Positions 37,238-45,619 of a DNA stretch of 64,000 nt are shown here, piece after piece; within the stretch, counting starts at the first letter, position 1; each line of letters opens with the position of its first letter. The position numbers and the translations under genes were made by a program. The notes below the pieces were generated by a model. It did not search any database. It saw nothing but the letters and a program-made list of their open reading frames with translations, and was not told where the DNA came from. The stretch is taken from the NCBI GenBank assembly GCA_046331705.1, contig JAXLQJ010000005.1:186001-250000 (forward strand), written 5' to 3'. This DNA comes from a bacterium (GTDB taxonomy: Bacteria; JADJOY01).

Positions 37238-37870
37238 ATGAAGATCGGGATTCTGGGCTCGGGAAACGTCGGTGGCACGCTCGGCGCGCGCTGGGCGCGC
37301 GCGGGGCACGACGTGACGTTCGGCAGTCGACGGCCGGATTCTCCCGAGATCCGGGCGCTCGTCGATCGCGCCGGGAGCACCGCGCGTGCCGCCGATCCGG
37401 CGAGCACCGTCGCCGCGAGCCAGGTGCTCTTGCTCGCGACGCCGTGGGATGCCGCGCGCGCGGTGCTCGCGAGCGCGGGCTCCGTCGCGGGCAAGGTGCT
37501 CTTGGACGCGACCAACCCGCTCACCGAGGGGGCCCGTGGCCTCGCCCTCGGCCACACGACCTCCGGCGCCGAGCAGGTGGCCGATTGGGCCGCAGGCGCC
37601 AAGGTGGTCAAGATCTTCAACACCGTCGGCTTCAACGTCATGGCCGATCCCGACTTCGGCGGCCAAGCCGCTTCGATGCTCCACTGCGGCGACGATCCCG
37701 AGGCCAAGACCATCGCCGCTCGACTCGCGAGCGATCTGGGATTCGATCCCATCGATCTCGGCCCGCTCTCGGAAGCACGGCTGCTCGAGCCCATGGCACT
37801 CGCGTGGATCCACCTCGCGCTCTTTCGCGGTCGGGGCCGCGACATCGCGTTTCGGCTGCTCCACCGTTGA
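37238..37870 (+). CDS. NADP oxidoreductase, F420-dependent family (Fno-like Rossmann protein)
   Basis: MKIGILGSGNVGGTL, GSR, LATPW, DATNP, SGAE, VVK.FNT, GDD..AK, GF.PIDLGPL..AR.LE. Confidence 0.9.
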   Translation: MKIGILGSGNVGGTLGARWARAGHDVTFGSRRPDSPEIRALVDRAGSTARAADPASTVAASQVLLLATPWDAARAVLASAGSVAGKVLLDATNPLTEGARGLALGHTTSGAEQVADWAAGAKVVKIFNTVGFNVMADPDFGGQAASMLHCGDDPEAKTIAARLASDLGFDPIDLGPLSEARLLEPMALAWIHLALFRGRGRDIAFRLLHR

Positions 37871-37959
37871 TGGGCGGCTGATCGGGCCGCGATTCGTGGC
37901 AACCTTCCCTGCGTCGCCCCGCCCATGACACCGGAGGCGGCACGGGAGAACGACGAACC

Positions 37960-38763
37960 ATGAAGACGACTCCGATCACCATCGCGCTGCGGACGACACT
38001 CACCCTGGTGCTGACGCTCGCGCTCGGCTGCGCGAGCCAGCGGCCGGCGCCCCACCCCCGCGGTGGGAACGAGTGGGCAGGTCGCATCGCCAGCGCGTAC
38101 GGCGGGCACGCGGCGCTCGATCGCACACGTTCGATCGCGTTCGACTTCGTGAGCTACGAGGACGGCGCCGAGAAGGCCCGTTTCCATCACGTGCTCGCGC
38201 TGCGCGGTGGGCCGTGCCTCTACGAGACCGACGCGGCCACGTTCGCGCGCTCGCCGTTCCTCGACGATCAGACCCACACCTGGAAGCCGATCGGCCTGGA
38301 CGTCCCCGCTGGCCGGCTGGTGGCGCGCGTCGATCGCGCGACGCGCACCGGCGACGTGCGGGTCAATGGCGCCCCCCAACCCGAAGCGCTCGTCCGGCGC
38401 GTGGTGGAGCGGATCAACAACGACGCCTTCTGGCTCATGCTGCCCTTCCAGCTCGACGATCCCGGCGTGCGACTCACGGAGATCGGCCCCGTCACCCTGC
38501 CCGACGGGCGGGCCGCCACCGCGCTCTCGTTGGGCTTCGGAGCCGAGGCTGGCGCGACACCCGGCGATCGCTGGACGCTCTTCGTCGATCGGAGCACAGC
38601 GCGGATCCTCAAGACCCGCGTCGACCTACAGGGAAGCGCGAGCTTCGTCGAGGCCGAGTGGCGCGGATCGGTGAAGACTGGCGGCCTCGACCTCGCCGAC
38701 GAGCGCGTGCTCGGCAAGCGCATCGTCCGCTTCGAGCACCTCCTCGTATCGAACGCCGAGTGA
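37960..38763 (+). CDS. Hypothetical lipoprotein (LolA/LppX-like beta fold possible)
   Basis: Lipobox LALGC; AYGG..A, INNDAFWLMLPFQLDDPGV, GATPGDRW. Confidence 0.7.
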   Translation: MKTTPITIALRTTLTLVLTLALGCASQRPAPHPRGGNEWAGRIASAYGGHAALDRTRSIAFDFVSYEDGAEKARFHHVLALRGGPCLYETDAATFARSPFLDDQTHTWKPIGLDVPAGRLVARVDRATRTGDVRVNGAPQPEALVRRVVERINNDAFWLMLPFQLDDPGVRLTEIGPVTLPDGRAATALSLGFGAEAGATPGDRWTLFVDRSTARILKTRVDLQGSASFVEAEWRGSVKTGGLDLADERVLGKRIVRFEHLLVSNAE

Positions 38764-38780
38764 CTTCGGCCGATGCGTGA

Positions 38781-40538
38781 TCACCGGGCCTGCGGCGCGA
38801 CGAGGCTCGCGCATGTAGGAACCCGATCGTAGGTGTAAACGGTCGCAGCGTTCACGAGCGGCACGGTCACATCCACGAGTTCACTCCCCTCCGGCACGAG
38901 CAGCGTGCAACGTTGCGCCGCAGCGCGCTCGCCCGTCGTCGAGAGATGGAGGTCCCACGTGCCCGCCGGCACGTTCGCGATCACGAACGTGCCGTCCGGA
39001 TTCGTCGTCTGAACGAAGAACCCGTCGTAACCGAGCGACTTGGTGTCGAGCCAATCGGGAGCTTTAAGGGAGCCCGAGGCCGCTGGCATGGGTCTTCCCC
39101 GTGAATCGAGAACGATCCCACGAATGCTCGCTCCGTGTCGCAGTGGCACCGTGCCAACGTCGACGACTGCGGCTTCGTCGAGCCTAAACGGACCTAGATA
39201 CGCGGGCGCGTATCCGGTCGCAGTCACGACGATCCGGCGCGCCTCGCTGGACGAGAAACGGAACTCGAAGCATCCATCGTTGGCGTCGAACCGATCACCG
39301 CCCACCGAGAAACCTCGAACCGGTTCCGTCGTCGTGGCATCGATCACGCAGCCCCGCACCTGCGGCGCTGGCATCAACTGGATCTCGAGCGCTTTCGTCC
39401 CCGCGGGCACGCCCGAAAGCGTTCGCTCGATCCACCCCCGTGCCGTGACTGCCACCAGAACGAGCCCGCTGGGCAAGCCTTCCAGCGAGAACCGGCCTTC
39501 GGCGTTGGTGCCGGTGAACACCATCCCGTCGAAGCCGCGACGTGTCGTCGCGAACGAAACCGGGAAGTCCTCGAAACCCCAGTAGCGCGGGTCCAGCGCT
39601 TCGAATCGAGAGCCCGCCGGCGCCACGCGTACCAGCGCACCCGTGACGAGCTCGCCATTCACGCCGGTCACGCGACCATCGAGCGTTTCTCCTGCGATCA
39701 ACACCAATCGCAAGCCGTCCGCACCGCGATCGGCCGCGAGCACGACCGATCGAAGCTCCGCCGGAGCGAACGACCCAGCTGTGGCGAGGATCCGGAAGCG
39801 CCCCGGTCGCAAGCCGCGCAGCTCGAACTCACCGTCCGCTCGCGACTCCACCGTGCCGGATTCCGCGCCGGGCATGAATTCCTCGCCAGGTTCGCGTTCA
39901 CGATCCGCCTCGACCCGCGCTCCGCCAATCGGGCTGCCGTCGGCCGCGATGACGGTTCCGGCGATCCAGCTTCCCGCGACGAGCAGCACGTCGTACCGCA
40001 GCGCCCTCCCCGAAGCCCCACTGCCGATCTCGAAGGATCGAGTGGCGTAGCCAGGATGCGAAACCTCGAGCTCTTCGCCTTCCGAGAGGTCGTGGAACGC
40101 AAACTCCCCCATGGCGTCCGTCGCGCTCTCGACGGCGCCGCTCCCGTGGTGCGCGCGAACCGAGACGGTCGCGCCCACGATCGCCCGGTTTGCCTCGTCA
40201 TGAACGCGCCCGGTCACGAGAACCCCAGGCGATGACGCGACGTCTCGCGACGGCTCTGCAGTGGATTGCGGTGGGGTCGACGTTGTGGCGACGCGCTCGG
40301 ACGGAGACGGAGACGGAGACGGAGATGCCGTCGCCGCGGCTGAGTCGGCGATGGTCTCGGTCGACGGTTCTCGATCGCGGATGCGCTCGCCGCCGACGGT
40401 CCCAGGCACGGGGGACTGAACCGAGCCAGCGTCGCCGCCGCGGCGCGTCCAGAGCGCCACCGAAACAGCAAGAATCGCAATCAGCGTCGCGGCTCCGGCG
40501 AGGTGCCGGGATCGACCGAGCTGGTGCGACCTGCTCAC
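38781..40538 (-). CDS. Membrane-anchored protein with repeated carboxypeptidase-regulatory-like (CarboxypepD_reg) beta-sandwich domains
   Basis: N-terminal TM, Ser/Pro linker, about five repeats of G.V.D..G.P..GA.V ... T..DG.F....L..G; GTG start overlaps the sixA stop. Confidence 0.8.
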   Translation of the reverse strand: MSRSHQLGRSRHLAGAATLIAILAVSVALWTRRGGDAGSVQSPVPGTVGGERIRDREPSTETIADSAAATASPSPSPSPSERVATTSTPPQSTAEPSRDVASSPGVLVTGRVHDEANRAIVGATVSVRAHHGSGAVESATDAMGEFAFHDLSEGEELEVSHPGYATRSFEIGSGASGRALRYDVLLVAGSWIAGTVIAADGSPIGGARVEADREREPGEEFMPGAESGTVESRADGEFELRGLRPGRFRILATAGSFAPAELRSVVLAADRGADGLRLVLIAGETLDGRVTGVNGELVTGALVRVAPAGSRFEALDPRYWGFEDFPVSFATTRRGFDGMVFTGTNAEGRFSLEGLPSGLVLVAVTARGWIERTLSGVPAGTKALEIQLMPAPQVRGCVIDATTTEPVRGFSVGGDRFDANDGCFEFRFSSSEARRIVVTATGYAPAYLGPFRLDEAAVVDVGTVPLRHGASIRGIVLDSRGRPMPAASGSLKAPDWLDTKSLGYDGFFVQTTNPDGTFVIANVPAGTWDLHLSTTGERAAAQRCTLLVPEGSELVDVTVPLVNAATVYTYDRVPTCASLVAPQAR

Positions 40539-40987
40539 GGATCGTGGCGGGCGACGCGGTGCCAGGCACCGTGCGCGTCGCGTTCCAGGATCAGCACGGT
40601 GCCGGGACGGAACGTGACGTAGGGCGCGGCCGTGGGGTCGCGCAGCAGGCGAGTCGCGAGGCGCGGCAGGCTCGGCAGGTGACCGACCAGCAGCGTGTCC
40701 TCGCTCCACCCGCCGATCCGTGCCAGGACGGGCGCGGGGTCCTCGTCGGGCTCCAGCGCGCGATCGCGCCCGAGCGCCACGCCGGGCGCCACGTGCCGCG
40801 CCCAGATCTCCGCCGTCTCCTCGGCGCGCTTCTTCCCACTGTGGCAGACGCGCGTCACGCGGATTCCGCTGGCGGCCACCGCCGCGGCCACGCGCTCGAC
40901 GTCGCCGCGGCCCGCGGCCGTGAGCGGGCGCAGCGGATCCACTCCCGGCTCGACCGCTTCACCGTGTCGGGCGAGGAGTAATCGCAT
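40535..40987 (-). CDS. sixA: Phosphohistidine phosphatase SixA
   Basis: LARHGEA, RPLT..G, HS.K.RA.ETA, LLVGHLP. Confidence 0.9.
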   Translation of the reverse strand: MRLLLARHGEAVEPGVDPLRPLTAAGRGDVERVAAAVAASGIRVTRVCHSGKKRAEETAEIWARHVAPGVALGRDRALEPDEDPAPVLARIGGWSEDTLLVGHLPSLPRLATRLLRDPTAAPYVTFRPGTVLILERDAHGAWHRVARHDP

Positions 40988-41032
40988 CGCACCCTCGATC
41001 GCGCGCGGAAACGCCGAGCGTCCGCGCGGCGT

Positions 41033-41587
41033 TCAGACCGGCACGTCCGGCAACCGGCTCCTCACGTCCGCCAGGCGCGGCAGATCCAGATCGCGCTTGG
41101 AGAGGATCGGCGCGGGATCCGGCCACGGGATGGCGAGATCGGGATCGTTCCACGCGATTCCCGACTCCGTGACCGGATCGTAGTAGTTGCTGACTCGGTA
41201 GATGAAGTCCGCGACGTCCGATAGCACGCAGAAGCCGTGTGCGAAGCCAACCGGGATGTAGAGCTGCTGGTGTCCTTCGTCGTCGAGGAGCTGGGCCATC
41301 CAGCGCCCGAACGTCGCCGAGCGGGGCCGGATGTCGACCACCACGTCCCACACCGCGCCGCGGGTGCAGCGCACCAGCTTCGCCTGCCCCGGATGGCTCT
41401 GGAAGTGAAGGCCGCGCAGCGTGCCCTTCACCGAGCGCGAGTGATTTCCCTGCACGAACTCGACGGCGACCCCGGCGCTGCGCAACGCGTCCGCGCGGAA
41501 GCTCTCCAGGAAGAACCCGCGCTCGTCGCGGTGCACCTTGGGCTGGATCAACAGGACGCCGGGCAGCTCGGTGGGCACGATTTCCAT
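41033..41587 (-). CDS. rfbC: dTDP-4-dehydrorhamnose 3,5-epimerase
   Basis: DERGFFLE, FVQ.NHS.S.KGTLRGLHFQ, QAKLVRC..G.VWDVVVDIR..S.TFG.W, GFAHGF, I.WNDP.L.I.WP. Confidence 0.96.
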   Translation of the reverse strand: MEIVPTELPGVLLIQPKVHRDERGFFLESFRADALRSAGVAVEFVQGNHSRSVKGTLRGLHFQSHPGQAKLVRCTRGAVWDVVVDIRPRSATFGRWMAQLLDDEGHQQLYIPVGFAHGFCVLSDVADFIYRVSNYYDPVTESGIAWNDPDLAIPWPDPAPILSKRDLDLPRLADVRSRLPDVPV

Positions 41588-41607
41588 GAAGGGCTCCGCG
41601 GGCTGGC

Positions 41608-42762
41608 TCAGAAACCGAGCAGAAAACGGGCGATGGAACGGCGCTGGATCTCGCTCGTTCCCTCGACGATGGTGAGCATTCGCACGTCGCGATAGAAGCG
41701 CTCGATGGGCAGCTCCTTGGTGTAGCCCGCGCCGCCGTGGATCTGCAGCACGCGGTCCGCCACCCGGTTCACCATCTCGGTGGCGAAGAGCTTGGCCATC
41801 GCGCACTCCTTGTCGACGTTCTTCCCCGCGTCCTTGGCGCGCGCGGTGGCGTAGACCAGCGCGCGGCTGGCCTCGAGCTCGGTGGCGCTGTCGGCGAGCA
41901 TCCATTGGATGCCCTGATTGGCGCCGATGGGTGCCCCGAAGGCGTGACGGAGCTTGGCGTACTCGGTACCCATCTCGAGGAGCCGCTCGGCGGCGCCGAC
42001 GGCGCACGCCGCGAGATTGAGCCGCCCGTCGTTGAGGCACGCCTGGATGAGCCGGAAGCCGAAGCCGAGCTCGCCGAGCAGGTTCTCGGCGGGAACCTCG
42101 CAATCCTCGAAGATCACCTCACCGGGATGCGAGCCGCGCCCGCCCATCATCTCCTGCTGCTTGCCGAGCGAGAGCCCCGGCGAGCCCTTGGGCACGAGGA
42201 ACGCCGAGATCCCGCCGCGCGAGCGCTTGTCCTTGTCCGTCACGGCGAAGACCGTGAACAGCTCGGCGCGGTGGGCGTGGCTGATGTAGTGCTTGCGGCC
42301 GTTGAGCACCCACTTGTCGCCGCGCCGCACGGCGCTGGTCTGGATCGCCTGCGCGTCGCTACCGGCGCCGGGCTCGGTGAGCGCGAACGAGACCAGAAAC
42401 TCGCCGCGCGCCATGCGCGGCAGGTACTCGCGTCGCTGCGCCTCGGTGCCTCCCAGCAAGATCGACTTCTGGCCGATCGAATTGTTGACCGTGATGTAGG
42501 TGCGAACCGCGCTGTTCGCCTTCGAGATCTCGCCCGACACCACCGCGTACGCGAGCGAGTCGAGCCCCATGCCGCCGTATTCCTCGGGGATCGTGAGCCC
42601 GAAGAGCCCGAGCTCGCGCATCTGCTGCACGATGTCCGCCGGCACGAGCGCTTGCTCCTCGATCTCGTGCTCGCGGGGGATGACCTCCCGATAGATGAAC
42701 TTCCGGATCGTGTCGCGAATCGCGATCACGTCGTCACCGAGATCGATGAGCGGAGAATCCAC
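41608..42762 (-). CDS. Acyl-CoA dehydrogenase
   Basis: GL.IPEEYGG, FALTEPGAGSD, LNGRK.YIS, NLLG..G.GF, AKLFATE, QIHGG.GY, RD.R...I.EGTSEIQR. Confidence 0.96.
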   Translation of the reverse strand: MDSPLIDLGDDVIAIRDTIRKFIYREVIPREHEIEEQALVPADIVQQMRELGLFGLTIPEEYGGMGLDSLAYAVVSGEISKANSAVRTYITVNNSIGQKSILLGGTEAQRREYLPRMARGEFLVSFALTEPGAGSDAQAIQTSAVRRGDKWVLNGRKHYISHAHRAELFTVFAVTDKDKRSRGGISAFLVPKGSPGLSLGKQQEMMGGRGSHPGEVIFEDCEVPAENLLGELGFGFRLIQACLNDGRLNLAACAVGAAERLLEMGTEYAKLRHAFGAPIGANQGIQWMLADSATELEASRALVYATARAKDAGKNVDKECAMAKLFATEMVNRVADRVLQIHGGAGYTKELPIERFYRDVRMLTIVEGTSEIQRRSIARFLLGF

Positions 42763-42890
42763 GCGCGCCTTCCCCTTCCGACGAGGAACGGGCCATCCTA
42801 TGCACCGAGGGAGAGCGAGGCAACGGCCGAATGCCCGTGCGGCGCCCCCAAACGCCGCCTTTCCCGGCCCGTTCCACGAGGAGCGCCGCG

Positions 42891-44486
42891 ATGCGCGCAC
42901 TGACCGCCGCCGAGAAGGAAGCCGTCCTGATCGAGGTCCAGAGCCGGATCCTCGCGGAGAAGGACGCGCTCACCGAGCGAGACGCGAACTTCGATCTCGC
43001 CGCCGTCGTGAACGACGCGCTCTACCACGAGCGCCGCCGCCTCGACACGCACCGCTCGAGCCCGACCTGGAAGGACGACAACGCCTTCTGGAAGGGCGTG
43101 TCGAAGCGGCTCGCCAAGGCGTCGACGAGGGAGCTGCGCGAGATCCTCGCGAGCGTGATCCACCGCTACCTGGAAGAGATCATCGGCAACTTCGATCCGC
43201 GCGTGTACGGGCTGGCCACCAAGGCAATCCCCTACGCGCTCTCGGGCTTGCTCAACACGCTCTCGCCCACCCGCCTGCTCTCCGGCTTCGACAGCCTGGC
43301 CAAGCTGGACGATCACCTCATCATCCGCGGCGAGCTGGACACGATCTCGAAGCTGATCGAGCTCGGCACCGTGATCTTGGTGCCCACCCACCTGAGCAAC
43401 ATGGACTCGCCGGTGATCGGCTACGCGCTCTACAAGACGGGCCTGCCGCCCTTCACGTACGGCGCGGGCCTCAACCTGTTCAGCAACCCGATCATCGGCT
43501 ACTTCATGCACAACCTGGGCGCCTACAAGGTCGATCGCCTCAAGAAGGACGACCTCTACAAGGACACGCTCAAGGAATACGCGACCTACACGCTGGAGAT
43601 GGGATTTCACAATCTCTTCTTCCCCGGCGGCACGCGAAGTCGCTCCGGCGCCCTCGAGCGCAAGCTCAAGCTCGGTCTGCTCGGGACCGGCGTCCTCGCC
43701 TATCAGAACAACCTGCGGAACCGGAAGGAGAAGCCGAGGATCTTCGTGGTGCCCTGCACGCTCTCGTACTCGCTGGTGCTCGAGGCCGAGACGCTCATCG
43801 AGGACAGCCTCAAGGAAGCGGGCAAGGCGCGCTACATCATCACCGACGACGAGTTCTCGAAGCCCGGTCGCATCCTCAACTTCCTGAAGAGCCTGATCAG
43901 CCTCGACTCGCGAATCTACGTGACGTTCTCCGAGCCGCTCGACCCCTTCGGCAATCGCGTGCTTCCCGACGGCACCAGCGTCGATCACCGCGGGCGCCCC
44001 ATCGACATCGCCGGTTACGTGACCGCGAACGGCGAGGTCCGGCGCGACGACGCGCGCGACGCCGAGTACACCCGCGAGCTGGGCGACGCGGTGATGCGGA
44101 CCTTCGTCAAGGACAACACGCTGCTCGCGACCCACCTGCTCGCGACCGTGCTCTTCCAGATGTGCAAGGACCGCTACCCGCGGCTCGATCTCTACCGGCT
44201 GCTGCGCGAGAGCGCGCTGCAGAGCGAGGGCTTCGCGCTCGTGGACGTCTACGCGCGCACCGAGAAGCTGCTCGCGAAGCTCAAGAAGCTCGTCAAGGAA
44301 GAGAAGGTGCGTTACGGCGAGGAGCGGCTGGGCTGGGACGCCCAGGCCGTGGTGAGCGAGGGGCTCAAGCTCTTCGGCGTCTATCACACGACGCCCGCCG
44401 CCAGCCGCCGCGGCGATCGGGTCTTTCCGACGGATCCGTCGCTGCTGCTCTACTACTCGAACCGCACCACACCGTACGGACTGTGA
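42891..44486 (+). CDS. PlsB-like glycerol-3-phosphate/DHAP acyltransferase
   Basis: PTHLSNMD (HxxxxD), GAG.NLF, LGAY.VDR, FFPGGTRSRSG, K.KLGLL, VVP..LSY..V.E; GAGGAG RBS. Confidence 0.88.
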   Translation: MRALTAAEKEAVLIEVQSRILAEKDALTERDANFDLAAVVNDALYHERRRLDTHRSSPTWKDDNAFWKGVSKRLAKASTRELREILASVIHRYLEEIIGNFDPRVYGLATKAIPYALSGLLNTLSPTRLLSGFDSLAKLDDHLIIRGELDTISKLIELGTVILVPTHLSNMDSPVIGYALYKTGLPPFTYGAGLNLFSNPIIGYFMHNLGAYKVDRLKKDDLYKDTLKEYATYTLEMGFHNLFFPGGTRSRSGALERKLKLGLLGTGVLAYQNNLRNRKEKPRIFVVPCTLSYSLVLEAETLIEDSLKEAGKARYIITDDEFSKPGRILNFLKSLISLDSRIYVTFSEPLDPFGNRVLPDGTSVDHRGRPIDIAGYVTANGEVRRDDARDAEYTRELGDAVMRTFVKDNTLLATHLLATVLFQMCKDRYPRLDLYRLLRESALQSEGFALVDVYARTEKLLAKLKKLVKEEKVRYGEERLGWDAQAVVSEGLKLFGVYHTTPAASRRGDRVFPTDPSLLLYYSNRTTPYGL

Positions 44487-44488
44487 CG

Positions 44489-45619
44489 ATGGCGAAACGC
44501 GCACGCACCAGCACCCCGGCCCCCGCCGCCCCGCGCCGGTCCTCCTCGGCAGCGGCGCCGCTCGCGAGCGGGCGGACACCGCGCCGTCCGCCCGTCGACC
44601 GACCCGCCCACGACACCGTGGCCATCCTCGGCGCAGGCGCGTGGGGCACGACGCTCGCCGCCCACGTGGCCGGCGGCGGCCATTCCACCGTGCTGTGGGA
44701 CTTCGATCCCGCGGTGGTCCGCGAGATCGAGTCCAAGCACGTCAACAGCCGCTCGATGCCCAAGCGCCGCCTCGACAAGAGCATTCGCGCCACCGGCGAC
44801 CTGGCCGAGCTGGCGCGAAGCGCCCACACGCTGGTGCTCGCGATCCCGTCCACGGTCGCGCGCGAGGTGCTGGTGGCGCTCGGCCCCCACGTGCGCGCCG
44901 ACCACCTCGTCATCCACACCATCAAGGGCCTCGAGCGCAACACCGGCGCGCGCATCACCGAGATCATCCGCGACGAGACCTGCTGCAAGCGATTCGGCGT
45001 GCTCTCCGGCCCGAACCTGGCGCCCGAGGTCCTCGCCGAGCAGCCCAGCGCCGCGGTGATCGCGTCGCGCTACCCGGAGGTGATCGCGACCGCCCAGCGC
45101 TTCTTCGTGCGACCGTTCTTCCGCGTCTACGGCAGCGCGGACGTGGTCGGCGTCGAGATGGGCGCGGCCATCAAGAACGTGCTCGCCATCGCGATGGGAT
45201 TCGTCGCAGGCATGGGCCTCGGCCAGAACACGCGCTCGCTGATCGTGACCCGCGGGCTCGCCGAGATGATCCGCATCGGCACGCGCATGGGCGGCGAAGC
45301 CGCGACGTTCAACGGCATCTCCGGGATCGGCGACCTCATCGGCTCCGGGATGAGCCGCGAGAGCGCCAACTACGCGGTGGGGGAGCTGATCGCCCAGGGC
45401 CGAAACCTCGGCCAGGCGATGCGGGAGGTCGAGCATTTCGCGGAGGGAGTGCCAACGACGGAGGCGCTGCACGCATTGCTCGAGCGCGTGCGCGTCGACG
45501 CACCGCTCTCCCAGGCGGTCTACGAGGTGCTCTACGCGGGCGCCGCGCCGTCGGAGCTCCTGAAGCGACTCATGGCGCGCCCGCCCACGATGGAGAACGA
45601 TGCCCACCCGCTCGCGTGA
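44489..45619 (+). CDS. GpsA-like NAD(P)H-dependent glycerol-3-phosphate dehydrogenase (divergent substrate site)
   Basis: GAGAWGT.LA, KGLE, LSGPNLA.E, DVVGVE.G.A.KNV.AI..G, TRGLAE, G..G.GDL, AEGV.T. The canonical TC..SRN motif is altered to SG...SAN. Confidence 0.88.
   Translation: MAKRARTSTPAPAAPRRSSSAAAPLASGRTPRRPPVDRPAHDTVAILGAGAWGTTLAAHVAGGGHSTVLWDFDPAVVREIESKHVNSRSMPKRRLDKSIRATGDLAELARSAHTLVLAIPSTVAREVLVALGPHVRADHLVIHTIKGLERNTGARITEIIRDETCCKRFGVLSGPNLAPEVLAEQPSAAVIASRYPEVIATAQRFFVRPFFRVYGSADVVGVEMGAAIKNVLAIAMGFVAGMGLGQNTRSLIVTRGLAEMIRIGTRMGGEAATFNGISGIGDLIGSGMSRESANYAVGELIAQGRNLGQAMREVEHFAEGVPTTEALHALLERVRVDAPLSQAVYEVLYAGAAPSELLKRLMARPPTMENDAHPLA

Noticed and set aside
40302-40325. (CGGAGA)n tandem repeat as a phase-variation site
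   Set aside because: The 6-bp unit keeps the frame and simply encodes a Ser-Pro linker.
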